Part shown: positions 21,768-35,749 of the stretch, in pieces
How positions within the stretch are numbered: the stretch's first letter is position 1
How the letters are laid out: each line of letters begins with the position of its first letter
The notes under the pieces: model-generated
The model's database searches: none
The model's input: only the letters and a program-made list of their open reading frames with translations
What the model was told of the DNA's origin: nothing
DNA from: a virus
Lineage: Duplodnaviria > Heunggongvirae > Uroviricota > Caudoviricetes
DNA: 48,428 bases
Virus record (IMG/VR): IMGVR_UViG_3300028379_000400
Location: 64,001 to 112,428 of that record
Strand: one strand, 5' to 3'
Program-made: the position numbers and the translations under genes

Positions 21768-24700
21768 ATGGCGGCCGATGCAGTCGGCAATATCTACATC
21801 GCCCTGATGGTAGATACGGCTGGCGCTCGTAATTTCACGAGCGCCGCCTCCTCGATCGACCGCGACAGCCAGCGAATCCGGACGTCGCTCAACAACACCT
21901 CTCGTTCGGTTACGTCGCTCCAGTCGTCGATGAACCAGAACCTGCGCGTGAAGCTCTTCAGCAACATGCTGAAGGACGCTTCGACTGCGGGCAGCGAGGT
22001 CGGCAAACTGCGCGCGGCCATGCTTGGTCTCGCCGCAATCACCGGCACGTCTCTGACGTCGGCCTTTGCGGCCACCTTCCTGCTCAAGACGGCCGACGCC
22101 GCCAAGCTGATGAGCAATCAGCTCAAGACGGTGACGGACTCGAGCGAAGATCTCGCGGCGGTCCAGAAGAAGCTCTACGACGTGTCGCAGGACACGCGCT
22201 CCGGCATGGAAGCCACGGTGACCATGTATGCGCGTCTCGCGCGTGCGGCCACCAACTACGGCATGACGCAGGACCAGTTGGTCCGTGTCACCTCCACGGT
22301 GCAGAAGGCGTTCGCCATCGGCGGCGCCACGCCCGAAGAAGCCGCCGGCGCCGCGCTGCAGTTGTCGCAGGGTATCGCGTCCAACCGCTTCAGCGGTGAC
22401 GAATACCGTTCCGTCGCCGAGAACGCGCCAGTGCTGCTGCAGGCCATGGCCAAGCAGCTCGGCGTCACGATCGGCCAGCTTCGCCTGATGGGCCAGGCCG
22501 GCAAGCTGACGGGCGAAGTGGTGGCCAGGGCTATCCTCGGCGCCAGCGACGAGATCGACACCAGCTTTGCCAAGACTTCGGTCACGGTCGGGCAGGCGAT
22601 GACCCGCGTCGGCAATGCCTTTCTCATGTACATCGGCGCCGGCGATAAAACGTACGGCGTAACCGGCAAGCTGGCCGGGGCACTCTCGAGTCTCGCCGAC
22701 AATTTCGACGAGATCGCGAAGTACCTCACCCTGATTGCAGGTCTTTCAGCCGCGGCGTTCGGGGGTAAGCTCCTGGGCGGCGCGACGACGAAGGCCTATT
22801 CCGCGCTCATTCCTAACAAGGCTGAGGTCAAAGCTGCGCAGGCCGAGCTTGAGGGTATTTCGAAGCAGCGTGACGCGATCGCGCAGGCCATTGCCCAGAC
22901 CAACTCGAACCTGGCCACGTCGACGCCAGAGGGCGGTGTCGGCCCGGCGCTGCCCGATGCTTACACCCGCAAGGCGATTGCCGCTCAGCAGCCGGCGATT
23001 GCAAGCGCCACCAATGCGCAGGCGCGGGCGCAGGAAAAACTCAACTCTTTGGAAGTCGAGCGGCTGATCGCCGAGGAGAAGCTCGAAACCGCGCAGGCGA
23101 AGCTCATCGAGAATCTCGACAAGCAGGTAGCCAAGGCTCAGCAGCTCAACGCCGCCGATGCGGAACGCGTCGGCTTGGCCATGAAGGCCGCGGCCGCGGA
23201 AGAGGCGATGACGCACCTCAAGGTCGCGAGCAACGCCAGCGTTGGCACGCAGTCGCTCGAGCAGAGCATGGCGGCCGAAGCCGAGGCGATGTCGCGCTTC
23301 GATTCATCGCTCGGAAAGCTGCAGACCGCCCGCCAGTCATTGTCGCAGGCCGCTGCCGGCGAGTTCGACACCAAGGCGATCACGGCCGCGGCCGCTCAGG
23401 TCAATGATCTCGACCGCCAGATCACCAAGGCGCAAGCCGATGTCGCGGCAGCGGCGACGAATGTCGACAAGGCCTACGTTACCAGCACAGAGTCTCTGAA
23501 GGCTGCCGATGCCGATCGCGCGGCCGCAATCACCAACATCTCGCAGCTTCAGGAAGCCGATACCGCTCTTCGCACCAAGGCGATTGCGGTTACCGATCGG
23601 CTGACGCTGTCGCAGCGCGCCCTAAGCGTTGCCCAGAAGGCCGGCGGTTCGGTGCTGGCATTTCTCGGCGGCTGGACGGGCGTCGCCTTCATGGCGGCGA
23701 TCGCCGGCATCGGGCTCTACGAGTCCAACGTCGAGGCCAGCATCCAGAAGACGGCCGACATCCGCAAGGAGATGGAAGATCTAGGCCTGGTCAGCAAGGA
23801 CACGGCTGACGCCCTCAACGGTGTCGGCAAGTCGATCGCCGATATGACGCAGGACGAGCTGCGCAGCAAGCTCCGCGAAATCAACGACGAAATCGCGAAG
23901 ATGAAGAATGGGCAGAACGCGATCGACGCGGTCTTCCACTACGATCCGCAGAACCTGCAGAACATCCTCAATGCGCTGAATGCGATCACCGCGCCGCGGA
24001 TGAGTCCCAAAGGCGGCAACTACTTCGTTGCTGACCAAGCCTCGCGTGATGCCGCCGCGCAGATCGCCGACATGGTCACCCAGTTCGAGGCCGGCAAGAA
24101 AGACGCCAAGGACGTCAACGATCTGCTCGACCAGATCAGCAAGCAGAACTTGAGCGGGCCGATGGACGATCTGATCGGCCGCCTGCGCACCGCCATCCCC
24201 CTGCTCGCCGGACTGCTCACCTATCAGCAGCACGTCGGCGCGGAAGTCAGCGGCGTCGCGATGATCGACCAGGACACCGACAAGCGCAATGCCGTGGCTT
24301 TCAACAAGGGCCAGGACATCACCGATGCCTACACCGAGAACCTCCTCCGGCAAGCCAACGAGACGGCGCAGCAGCGCCAGATCGAAACCAAGGCAAAGTC
24401 GCTGCAGAAGTCCGTTCCGGCCGGCGGCAATCCGTTGTCCGACGCAACAGCCAAAGCCCTCGCCACAACGATTGTCCAGAAGGAAGCAGCCGAGTCCGCT
24501 GCGCTGAAGTCGGGCACCTCCGACGCGAAGAAGTTCACCGAGGGCATGGAAAAGCTCAACGACGAGATCGCGGCGTCGCCTCTCGACGAATTCGGCCAAA
24601 AGGTTGTCGAGACCGCGCGCACTATGGGCATCGGCGAAAAGGACATCGAGGCATACGCCGCGGCCTTCGCCTCAGATGACATGACCAACGCGCCGAAGAA

Positions 24701-25550
24701 GCTCGTCGAAATCGCGGACGCGATGCGGAAGATCAACGCCGCGAAGATCCAGCAGAACCTGGCCTTTGATAGCAGCCAGCTCTTCGCCTCCGATGCCGAC
24801 CAGAAGATCGCCAGCACGTTGCAGGGATCGGGCCTGTCGGCGACAGACGGGCAGGGCCTGCTGATCGCCAACGAGATCCGTTTCAACGATACCCTGCAAA
24901 AGACGCACGATCTCGCACAGGGTTTTCTCGACGGCTTCCTCAGCGATCTGGAGAACGGCGTCAGCCTCCTCGACGCGCTCAACAACGCCTGCGGCAAGCT
25001 GGCGGAACAGCTCCTTCAGATGGCGCTCGACGCCAGCATCAACAAGCTGTTCCAGGGCCTCCAGGGTCTCGGCAGCGGCAGCGGCGGCCTGTTGGGCGGC
25101 ATTCTGTCGGTCTTCGGGATCGGCGGCAGCAGTGCTGCCGGCACGGGGCTTGGCGAGCTCGGCGGCTACGGTTCGTCCTACGCCGTTGGCGGCTACACAG
25201 GCGACGGCGGTCGTTTCACGCCAGCGGGCATCGTCCACAAGGGCGAATACGTCTTCAATGCAGCGGCAACCGCTCGCATTGGTCGTGCCCGTCTCGACAA
25301 CCTTCAGGGTTACGCCGACGGCGGGTTCGTTGGTGCTGCTGCGAACAGCAACATCGACGGCGGTCTCCGCGTGGAGATCTACAACGAGGGCGGCGATCCG
25401 ATCGCTGCCAAGAGCGCATCGCTCTCCAAGGATGCCAAGGGCATCAACGTCGCCAAGATCGTGGTCGGGGCGATGAAAACCGCAATCGCCGACGGCACCA
25501 TGGATGGCACCATGAGCCAGGTTTATGGCCTCAAACGTCAGGGTCGATAG
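21768..25550 (+). CDS. Tape measure protein (1260 aa)
   Basis: Tape-measure N-terminal domain (QLSQGIASNRFSGDEYRSVAENAP), long Ala-rich helical body, C-terminal GGYTGDGG...PAGIVHKGEYVF. Confidence 0.96.
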   Translation: MAADAVGNIYIALMVDTAGARNFTSAASSIDRDSQRIRTSLNNTSRSVTSLQSSMNQNLRVKLFSNMLKDASTAGSEVGKLRAAMLGLAAITGTSLTSAFAATFLLKTADAAKLMSNQLKTVTDSSEDLAAVQKKLYDVSQDTRSGMEATVTMYARLARAATNYGMTQDQLVRVTSTVQKAFAIGGATPEEAAGAALQLSQGIASNRFSGDEYRSVAENAPVLLQAMAKQLGVTIGQLRLMGQAGKLTGEVVARAILGASDEIDTSFAKTSVTVGQAMTRVGNAFLMYIGAGDKTYGVTGKLAGALSSLADNFDEIAKYLTLIAGLSAAAFGGKLLGGATTKAYSALIPNKAEVKAAQAELEGISKQRDAIAQAIAQTNSNLATSTPEGGVGPALPDAYTRKAIAAQQPAIASATNAQARAQEKLNSLEVERLIAEEKLETAQAKLIENLDKQVAKAQQLNAADAERVGLAMKAAAAEEAMTHLKVASNASVGTQSLEQSMAAEAEAMSRFDSSLGKLQTARQSLSQAAAGEFDTKAITAAAAQVNDLDRQITKAQADVAAAATNVDKAYVTSTESLKAADADRAAAITNISQLQEADTALRTKAIAVTDRLTLSQRALSVAQKAGGSVLAFLGGWTGVAFMAAIAGIGLYESNVEASIQKTADIRKEMEDLGLVSKDTADALNGVGKSIADMTQDELRSKLREINDEIAKMKNGQNAIDAVFHYDPQNLQNILNALNAITAPRMSPKGGNYFVADQASRDAAAQIADMVTQFEAGKKDAKDVNDLLDQISKQNLSGPMDDLIGRLRTAIPLLAGLLTYQQHVGAEVSGVAMIDQDTDKRNAVAFNKGQDITDAYTENLLRQANETAQQRQIETKAKSLQKSVPAGGNPLSDATAKALATTIVQKEAAESAALKSGTSDAKKFTEGMEKLNDEIAASPLDEFGQKVVETARTMGIGEKDIEAYAAAFASDDMTNAPKKLVEIADAMRKINAAKIQQNLAFDSSQLFASDADQKIASTLQGSGLSATDGQGLLIANEIRFNDTLQKTHDLAQGFLDGFLSDLENGVSLLDALNNACGKLAEQLLQMALDASINKLFQGLQGLGSGSGGLLGGILSVFGIGGSSAAGTGLGELGGYGSSYAVGGYTGDGGRFTPAGIVHKGEYVFNAAATARIGRARLDNLQGYADGGFVGAAANSNIDGGLRVEIYNEGGDPIAAKSASLSKDAKGINVAKIVVGAMKTAIADGTMDGTMSQVYGLKRQGR

Positions 25551-25910
25551 ATGGAAGCTTGGCCAGGTGGGGTGCCGTCTAGCCCGGCGCCCAACAGTCT
25601 ATCCACGACTCCGTTTCGGGCTCCGCTCGCGACGGACATGGATGACGGCAATACGCGCCAGCGTCGCTCCACCACCAAGAATATTGCGACGCTGGCGTTC
25701 TCGATCCCGATGACCAACGCGCAGTTCCAAACCTTCAAGGCTTGGGTGCGCGACACACTGGTCGACGGGACGCTGCAGTTCACGGCGCCCATCTGGGATG
25801 GGTCTGCCCACACCACCAAGAACTGCACTTTCACCGCTCCCTACAAGGACAGCATGACCGCGGACTCTCTGCACGTGGTCTCTGTCAGCCTCGATGTTGA
25901 GGACTGGTAA
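25551..25910 (+). CDS. Distal tail protein (lambda gpM-like)
   Basis: TDMDDGNTRQRR...FKAWVRDTLVDGTLQFTAP; follows the TMP. Confidence 0.8.
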   Translation: MEAWPGGVPSSPAPNSLSTTPFRAPLATDMDDGNTRQRRSTTKNIATLAFSIPMTNAQFQTFKAWVRDTLVDGTLQFTAPIWDGSAHTTKNCTFTAPYKDSMTADSLHVVSVSLDVEDW

Positions 25911-26479
25911 TGCCAGATTGGACTGCTGCCCTCGCCGAGGCATACGCTTCGGCGCCGGCGGACGACTATGTTGTCCAAACCCTCGAGCTCCTGCATCCCG
26001 CCTTCGTCGACGGCGACAACAACGCCGACTCCGTGCGTGTTGCGCTCGACGATCGCGACTGGGATCTGACCTACGAGGATGACGCCCCACTGTTCGGCGG
26101 CGAGACCAAGACGTTTTCGTCGCTCGCCATGACGGTGACGTTGCCGGAACAGACCGACAGCAGCTTCGGCTCACTGTCGATGGCGATCGATAATGTCCCC
26201 CGGTCGATCTGGCCCAAGCTGCAGGCGGCGGCTCGAGTCCGCGCGTCTGCCATGGTCATCTACCGGGAATGGGTGGCGATCCGTAACCCGTCGACCGGGG
26301 TGTACACGCCTTCGGCGGCGCCGGACATGAAGATCGACCAGCTTACGATGAAGGTTGTGACGGCGACCCTGTTGCGGCTCGAGGGCTCGGCATCATTCGT
26401 CGACCTCCTCAATGCCCAGTTCCCGCGGCGCAAATTCAGCCGCGATGACTTTCCGGGCCTGTTCGGCGGATCGAACTGA
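25910..26479 (+). CDS. Tail tip protein (DUF1833/gpL-like)
   Basis: LAEAYASAP...TLELLHPAF...FPRRKFSRDDFPGL. Confidence 0.85.
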   Translation: MPDWTAALAEAYASAPADDYVVQTLELLHPAFVDGDNNADSVRVALDDRDWDLTYEDDAPLFGGETKTFSSLAMTVTLPEQTDSSFGSLSMAIDNVPRSIWPKLQAAARVRASAMVIYREWVAIRNPSTGVYTPSAAPDMKIDQLTMKVVTATLLRLEGSASFVDLLNAQFPRRKFSRDDFPGLFGGSN

Positions 26480-26970
26480 TGACCGATCGAGCTGCTCTCA
26501 TCAACGGACTGATCGGCACGCCGTACCGGCTAGGCGGGCAGGGCCCTGGCGAAGTCGATTGCTGGAGCGCTGCGCGCATCTTGCAAAAGGGGCTGGCCGA
26601 TCGAGACATGCCGGCCTTTGAGATGCCGTCGACGGCGGGGCGCATCGCCATCGCCTCGGCGATCGCGGTTCATCCAGAGCGCAATCGCTGGGTCGAGATT
26701 GCGTCCCCGGTGGACGTTTGCTTGGTCACGATGGCCCATCAGCATGTTGGCTATCACATCGGCACATGGGTCGTCGAAGATGGCGGCCTGATAATCCACG
26801 CCATCGAGAAGTGCGGCGTCGTCGCCGATCGCCTCATCGAGCTGCAGGCCATGGGCTGGCGGCGCGTCAGGTTCCACGTTCCGGCCGAGAACAGCGTCCG
26901 CGCCATTGTTGTTGAAGCGGTGAAGACTGCTCTCGCCGCAGGCGAGATGGACGTCGCTCTGCGCGCCTGA
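26479..26970 (+). CDS. NlpC/P60-family tail tip protein (gpK-like)
   Basis: IGTPYRLGG...DCWS...YHIGTW...IIHA. Confidence 0.88.
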   Translation: MTDRAALINGLIGTPYRLGGQGPGEVDCWSAARILQKGLADRDMPAFEMPSTAGRIAIASAIAVHPERNRWVEIASPVDVCLVTMAHQHVGYHIGTWVVEDGGLIIHAIEKCGVVADRLIELQAMGWRRVRFHVPAENSVRAIVVEAVKTALAAGEMDVALRA

Positions 26971-26986
26971 CTTCCGGAAGATTCTA

Positions 26987-29900
26987 ATGCATCCCAACGC
27001 CCCAGAGATTGCCGGCGGCCGCGTTGTGCTGCTCTCGGGCCCGTTTGGCTCGCCTGAGCGCACGATCGAGCTCGAGCGGCCGATGGCAGTCGCCGAGATC
27101 GTGGCGGCCTATGATCTCGCCTTCAACGTGCCGACCGTCGCCGTCATGGATGGCGAGCCCGTTATGCGCGGGACGTGGGCCGTCAAGATGGTGCGCCCCG
27201 GCGAGTCACTGGCGTTCATCGCCGTGCCGCGCGGCGGTGGCAACGGCGGCGGAAAGCAGATCGTTGGCCTAATCGCGGCGATCGCGCTGTCAGTTGCCGC
27301 CCCGCTGGTCGGCGGGTTCGTCGCCGGCGCATTGGGCTTCACGGCGGGCACGGCTGCGTTCACCATCGCATCGTCTGTGACGTCGATCGCGTTCCTGCTC
27401 GGCGGCACGGCGCTTCTCAGCCCGCTGCTGTCGCAGCCGTCGCCTTCGTCGTCGAACGACACCGCAGGTTCGGTTTATTCGGCAAGCGCTGCCAGCAACA
27501 CAGCGGCGCCGCTCGACATCATCCCGGTGCTCTACGGGCGCCTCCGCTACCCGCCGCGCTTCGCGTCGCGCCCCTACGCGGAGTATTCGGGCAACGACCA
27601 ATATCTCTACCAGCTTTTCTGCCTGACGCCGGGGCTGGCCAAGGTCGAGAAGATCGAGATCGATGACACCGAAGCGTGGAACTCCACGGACGGCTACTCG
27701 GCCACCTTTACGGATCTCACCTTCGAATTCATCGAGCCAGGCGACTCGATTACGCTGTTCCCGGCGAACGTCGAGACCTCTTCGGAGGTGTCCGGCCAAA
27801 CGGTGCCGGATCCGCCGGCGGTGCTCGGCCCCTTCGTGGTCAACGCTTCCGGCACGACGATCAATCGCATCGCCGTCGACTTCGCGTTCCCGGCCGGCTT
27901 GGGCCAGTCCGATAGCGGCGGGCAGGGCATCGATACCCTGTCGGTTAAGCTGCGCGCCGAATATCAGCAGGTAGATGACAGCGGGACGCCGATCGGCGGT
28001 TGGTCCGATGTCTTCCGCGAGACGATCTCGTTCGGGACGCGCACGCCGCAGCGGCTGAGTCGCGCGGCTGATGTAACACCGGCTCGCTACCAGGTCCGCT
28101 TCTCGTCGGAACAGGCCTTCAATCCGGACAGCACCACCAAGGTAGACGCCTGCTCGTGGGTAGGCCTGCGCGGCTACCTCACCGGCTTCGTGACGCCGCC
28201 GAATTGCACGATGCTGGCCATGAAGATCAAGGCCAACGATCAGCTCAGCCAGTTCTCGGCGTCCCAGATCAACGTCACCGCTCAGCGTTGGCTGCCGATT
28301 TGGGACGGCACGTCATGGAGCGCTCCGCAGTCGACGCAGTCGATCGCCTGGGCAGCCGCAGACATGCTGCGCGACACGAGCTACGGCATCTCGGTCGCCG
28401 ATACAAAATATGATGTATCAGCTCTTTTGACGCTCGATGCGACCTGGACGAGCCGTGGCGACACCTTCAATGCCATTTTTGATAGCGCTCAGACCGCCAA
28501 GGACGCGCTGACCGCGATCCTGCGCGCCGGTCGCACCCAAGCGGTTCGCATGGCTGGCCGGATCGGCTTTGTCCGCCTTGAGCCCAAGTCGATCAAGCGC
28601 GCGGTCTTCACGCCGCTCAACGTCATCCGCGGCTCGTTCCAGCACAAGCTTGTCCTCTTCGATGATACGGCGCCGGATAGCGTCAATATCTCGTACTTCG
28701 ACAAGACGGTATGGGACACCCGCGAGGTGCTCTGCACCATCGGCGCCATTGGCAGCGAGGATCCGCAGGATGTCACGCTGTTCGGCGTCGACAATCACGA
28801 CCAGGCTTGGCGTGAGGGCATCACCGCCGCTGCGATCAACGCATATCAGCGCGAGTTCGTCAGCTTCACGGCAGAATGGGAAGGCAAGCTTCTCGTTCGC
28901 GGCGACCCCGTGCTTGTCATGCATCCATTTATCGAGGGTGTTGCGCAGGCCAAGGTTGCCTCGCGAACGGCGCGAGTCATTACGATCGATAGAGATGTCG
29001 ATCCGCCGGAAGCCGATGGCTATGTCATTCTTCGCGATGCAACCGGGCAGGAATGGGGACCCTGCCTGATCACGTCAATAGTTGGCCGGGTCATCACTCT
29101 TGATGCCACCGACTTTGGCATCGTCGAAGCCAACATGGGCGATCTTGACGATCTGCTGGCCGGCGATCGCGAAGAAAGTGCCGCCCTCCTGCTATGCGAT
29201 GGCGAGACGAGGCCTTTCAACGGGCTTGTGGTTTCGGCGACACCAGATTCTTCCGGCCACGTCGATCTCCTTTGCGTAATCGACGCGCCGGAGGTCTACG
29301 CCGCCGATCATACCGAGACGATGCCGTCGCCATGGACGACGCCGACGTTGCCACCGGCGACCAACCCTCTGCCGGTGATCTACCAGTTGACCGGCGCCCT
29401 GGTTGCTGCGGTTGGAGGTCTCGAGCTCACGGCGATGTGGTTGCCAGCCGCCGGCGCGACCTCCTATGTGGCTGAAGCATCTTACGATCTAGGCGCGACA
29501 TGGACGCCAGTATACTCGGGCGCCCAGAACCGCTTCACTGCGTCCATAAACCCTCAGCCGCCGATGCTGCGTGTGGCCGGCATCAATGTTGCTCAAGGGC
29601 CGTGGAGCACGCTGACCTTTTCGGTCCTCGATATGCCGCCGGGCGGCGGCTACATCGGCATTCACGGATTCGATCCTCAGCTCCGGGCCCTGCAGTCTTA
29701 CGTTACCCAGTCGATCGCCGATCTCAGCGAAAATCTCGAAGCGGTGTCGTCGACGCTGCAGGACCAGGATATGGCCAACGCCGTCGACAAGCGGCAGGTG
29801 CTCGCAGACTTAAGTTCGCAGGTCGGCAGCGTGTTGGCGACGGTGCAGATCGTCGCGGAAACGCTGGCGACCGCTACTGCCGCCGCTGCCGCCGTTGCGA

Positions 29901-30181
29901 CCCTGGCGCAGGCCACTGCTAATGGTGCGAGTGCCTCCGGTCTCATCAAGATGGAAGTCCAGTCGACGCCATTAGGGGCGGCGGTGAAGGTCATCCAGAG
30001 CCTCCAAACAGATGACAGCGGTGTCGTCGTTAGCGCCATGGAGGCCCTTCAGATCGACGAAGACGGTCTCTCGACGAAGACAATAATCGCCGACATCTGC
30101 CTTTGGACGAACTCCGATGGCACCGCCGCCATGATCTGGGACTCCCGGTTCGGCAATTTCTCTGTGGGATCGGCAACATGA
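26987..30181 (+). CDS. Host-specificity/tip attachment protein J (with fused gpI-like N-terminus)
   Basis: IPVLYG, SIAWAAAD, RMAGRIG, FTPLNVIRGSF, FnIII-like region and C-terminal coiled coil. Confidence 0.92.
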   Translation: MHPNAPEIAGGRVVLLSGPFGSPERTIELERPMAVAEIVAAYDLAFNVPTVAVMDGEPVMRGTWAVKMVRPGESLAFIAVPRGGGNGGGKQIVGLIAAIALSVAAPLVGGFVAGALGFTAGTAAFTIASSVTSIAFLLGGTALLSPLLSQPSPSSSNDTAGSVYSASAASNTAAPLDIIPVLYGRLRYPPRFASRPYAEYSGNDQYLYQLFCLTPGLAKVEKIEIDDTEAWNSTDGYSATFTDLTFEFIEPGDSITLFPANVETSSEVSGQTVPDPPAVLGPFVVNASGTTINRIAVDFAFPAGLGQSDSGGQGIDTLSVKLRAEYQQVDDSGTPIGGWSDVFRETISFGTRTPQRLSRAADVTPARYQVRFSSEQAFNPDSTTKVDACSWVGLRGYLTGFVTPPNCTMLAMKIKANDQLSQFSASQINVTAQRWLPIWDGTSWSAPQSTQSIAWAAADMLRDTSYGISVADTKYDVSALLTLDATWTSRGDTFNAIFDSAQTAKDALTAILRAGRTQAVRMAGRIGFVRLEPKSIKRAVFTPLNVIRGSFQHKLVLFDDTAPDSVNISYFDKTVWDTREVLCTIGAIGSEDPQDVTLFGVDNHDQAWREGITAAAINAYQREFVSFTAEWEGKLLVRGDPVLVMHPFIEGVAQAKVASRTARVITIDRDVDPPEADGYVILRDATGQEWGPCLITSIVGRVITLDATDFGIVEANMGDLDDLLAGDREESAALLLCDGETRPFNGLVVSATPDSSGHVDLLCVIDAPEVYAADHTETMPSPWTTPTLPPATNPLPVIYQLTGALVAAVGGLELTAMWLPAAGATSYVAEASYDLGATWTPVYSGAQNRFTASINPQPPMLRVAGINVAQGPWSTLTFSVLDMPPGGGYIGIHGFDPQLRALQSYVTQSIADLSENLEAVSSTLQDQDMANAVDKRQVLADLSSQVGSVLATVQIVAETLATATAAAAAVATLAQATANGASASGLIKMEVQSTPLGAAVKVIQSLQTDDSGVVVSAMEALQIDEDGLSTKTIIADICLWTNSDGTAAMIWDSRFGNFSVGSAT

Positions 30182-30978
30182 ACTCTCGCGCCGTAGCCCT
30201 TAACGATCTCGACATCGTGGCCATTATCGAGAGCGCACCTGGCGGGGGTAGGCTCACGGAGTCGTCGGCGCCGTGTAATCGCCCGGCCGTCGATCCAGCG
30301 AATTGGCTCGCCAACAACAAGTTTAACACCGCGTTCGATTACTACGAGCTGCTTGTCCCGGTGCAGACTGTTTCGATTACCCATGCGCTGCTCGCAACCG
30401 CGTCGAATCTGGTGTTCTCATCTATCGGCCTGTCGATCACCATCAAAGGTACGCAGGCCGATAGAGACATCGTGCTTTACGCGCACGGCCTGGGGTACGT
30501 CCCGACCTATATGGTTGCGTACAACGGCGCCCGCCTGCCGGCGGGAATGCATACTATTATCCGCGGGTCCGGCACCACTTCACAGCGCAGCCGCGCCATA
30601 TCCCATTGGGCCGACACGACCAACATCTACCTGCGCGAACACTGCACGTCAGGCGATGTCGATCTCGAGGCCGACACTCTCTCGTACCAGGTGCTGATCT
30701 TCACGCGGCCGGCCCGCGATCCGCTGGTGCAGGATCTGCTGTCCTACAATGACACTACCGGTGTCGCGCTTATTGATCACGGCCGCGTCCGCAGTGACCG
30801 CCACTACCTGCGGAAGGCAATAGCCGCGGAAAGCAGCTTCGACATCAATCTTGGCGCGACAATGGATCTCAACGACGGCTTCGTCCGCGTCGTCACCGGC
30901 GGCGTCATCTTTGATGAACCGGGCTACGGCGGCTCGTGGGCCGGCCCCCCGTTCGTACCGGTCAGCGGTGTCTACTGA
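30178..30978 (+). CDS. Putative minor tail protein
   Basis: ATGA overlap with J; beta-rich. Confidence 0.65.
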   Translation: MNSRAVALNDLDIVAIIESAPGGGRLTESSAPCNRPAVDPANWLANNKFNTAFDYYELLVPVQTVSITHALLATASNLVFSSIGLSITIKGTQADRDIVLYAHGLGYVPTYMVAYNGARLPAGMHTIIRGSGTTSQRSRAISHWADTTNIYLREHCTSGDVDLEADTLSYQVLIFTRPARDPLVQDLLSYNDTTGVALIDHGRVRSDRHYLRKAIAAESSFDINLGATMDLNDGFVRVVTGGVIFDEPGYGGSWAGPPFVPVSGVY

Positions 30979-31793
30979 TGGGACGGTTTGCCTACGACAA
31001 TATCGCTGGTGCCTTCGAGCACCTCGATAGTGGGGGCCGCGTCGTATGGCGCAGCGACGCGGCGCCAGCCGCGCTGTTGCCGCCATCGTCGTGGCTAAGC
31101 TATTCGGGAAACGTAGTCTTTCCTGAGTTCTTCCATGGCAACGCCATCTACTACGGATGGAACGGCGGCGTTGGCGGCGGGGCGGTCTATCAGGGAGTTA
31201 GCTTTGCCACGGTCCATCCAGGAACGTGGGGGCCGGATCAAGCCAGTCCTTATAACATCCCTCGCGTCACAATCGGGACAGTGCCGAAGGACTGCAACTA
31301 CATCGATGTGGTCGCCAATCTAACGCAGACCCAAGGCACTTATTCGTTCTTCTTCTCGTTGGTGTCGATCTACCAGAAGCAGGGCCAGAGTACATATCTC
31401 GACGGCGGCTGCGCGGTCTTGGAGGGAACGCACGCCTGGCGCAAGATCATCAAGGTTGTTCTCGCGCCAACCGATAACGGCGATGGTACGCGCAACGTCT
31501 ACCTCGAAGCCTACCAATCGGTGAAATACCAGGCGCAGTTCACCAACGACATCGGCGGCAATATGAAGACCGGCGTGCAAAGCTACGACGGCAGTGCGAC
31601 GGCGGCTTGGCAGAATCTTTGGACGCACGATGGCGATCCCACCGGCTGGTTGAGTTTTCCGCTGGCCGGTAGCGGCAACGACATCCATTCGATGCGCGGC
31701 GGCTCCGGTCAGCCATCAACGTCAGACCCAACGACGTACACCTCAACTTGGGCCGTCACGCTAAGCGTCCGTCCCGGATTCGCGCACCCCTAA
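30978..31793 (+). CDS. Putative minor tail/receptor-binding protein
   Basis: TGATG overlap; aromatic/Gly/Ser/Thr-rich beta protein in the tail module. Confidence 0.6.
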   Translation: MGRFAYDNIAGAFEHLDSGGRVVWRSDAAPAALLPPSSWLSYSGNVVFPEFFHGNAIYYGWNGGVGGGAVYQGVSFATVHPGTWGPDQASPYNIPRVTIGTVPKDCNYIDVVANLTQTQGTYSFFFSLVSIYQKQGQSTYLDGGCAVLEGTHAWRKIIKVVLAPTDNGDGTRNVYLEAYQSVKYQAQFTNDIGGNMKTGVQSYDGSATAAWQNLWTHDGDPTGWLSFPLAGSGNDIHSMRGGSGQPSTSDPTTYTSTWAVTLSVRPGFAHP

Positions 31794-31811
31794 ACTCCTC
31801 GAGGCATCCCA

Positions 31812-34516
<2,705 letters not shown>

Positions 34517-34520
<4 letters not shown>

Positions 34521-35749
34521 TCATCCTTCCCGACAAAAACCGGCCAGTTAGCCGCGGCGTTTTTATGCCGATGCGGCGTAAGGACTGGATGTGGGGTTCG
34601 CAGCGGCGAAGCTGCAGCGATACGGCCGATCAGACCAGATGGCATATCGACGCGCTTCATCCCGATACGCGCGAAGTCATGTGGCGGGGATGGTTCGACG
34701 ATCGCGAGGACGCCGACGCGTTTCTCTTCGCCGCGATCACCGGCTCGATCATCAGTGAGCCATCGATCGCCGCTCTCCCCGTGGAGACGTGGCCATCGTT
34801 TTGGCATCCCGACATTTTCGGCGAAGTGCCGGTTCTCTACGCCGCCACGTCAGTCACATTTCTGACCACCACCGGGGCCGGCAGTTATTCGGTTCCACTC
34901 GATTGGACTAACAACGCCCTCAATTCCGGGAAGACGATAGGAGGCGGAGGGACTGGCGGCATCTCGGGAGCGGCCGGCAACGGCGGCGGCGGCGGCGGCG
35001 CATATTCTTCGACCTCAAATATCACGCTGACACCCGGTGGAACCGCCAGCTATTCAGTAGGCAATACGGCGGGGGACAGCTGGTTCAACGGCGCTTCCCT
35101 GGCGGCTTCGTCGGTGGGTTCCAAAGGTGGAACCAGCGCATCAGTTCTGACGGCCGGCAGCGGTGGTGTAGGCACGAGCGGTGTCGGAACCGTCCGCAAC
35201 AGCGGCGGCAACGGTGGCACCGGCAGCAACAATACCGCAGGCGGCTCGGGCGGCGGGGGTGCCGGAGGTCCAAACGGTCCCGGCGGCGCCGGAGGCAATA
35301 GCTCGAGCAGCAACGTCTCGAATGGTGGCGGCGGCGGCGGAAGCGGCGGCGGCGGAAGCGGCACCGGGGGCGCCTCTGCAAGCGGTGCATCAAATTCCGG
35401 CAGCACCGGTACAGCCGGCGGCAACAACTCCGCAGGCACCGGCGGAGGAACCGCGGGCACAAGTTCGGTTGCGGGCGGCGCGGGCTCGAATGGCGGCGGC
35501 GGCGGCGGTCACGGTGACACTTCCGGCGCAGGCGGTGTCGGCGGAGCAGGCGGCGCCGGTACCGATTTCGACGCGAGTCATGGTCCCGGCGGCGGCGGCG
35601 GCGGCTCTCGAAATGGCAAGGCCGGCGGTGTTGCGGCGCTATATGGCGCCGGCGGCGGTGGCGGCAACTCTCCCGCAACGGGGGCGAAAGGCATCGTTGT
35701 TGTCACCTACGTGCCAATCGTCAACTCGATGCTGATGATGTTTTACTAG
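34517..35749 (+). CDS. Glycine-rich tail-associated protein (putative polyglycine-II bundle adhesin)
   Basis: ATGA overlap; [22 protein letters not shown] and [10 protein letters not shown] motifs. Confidence 0.8.
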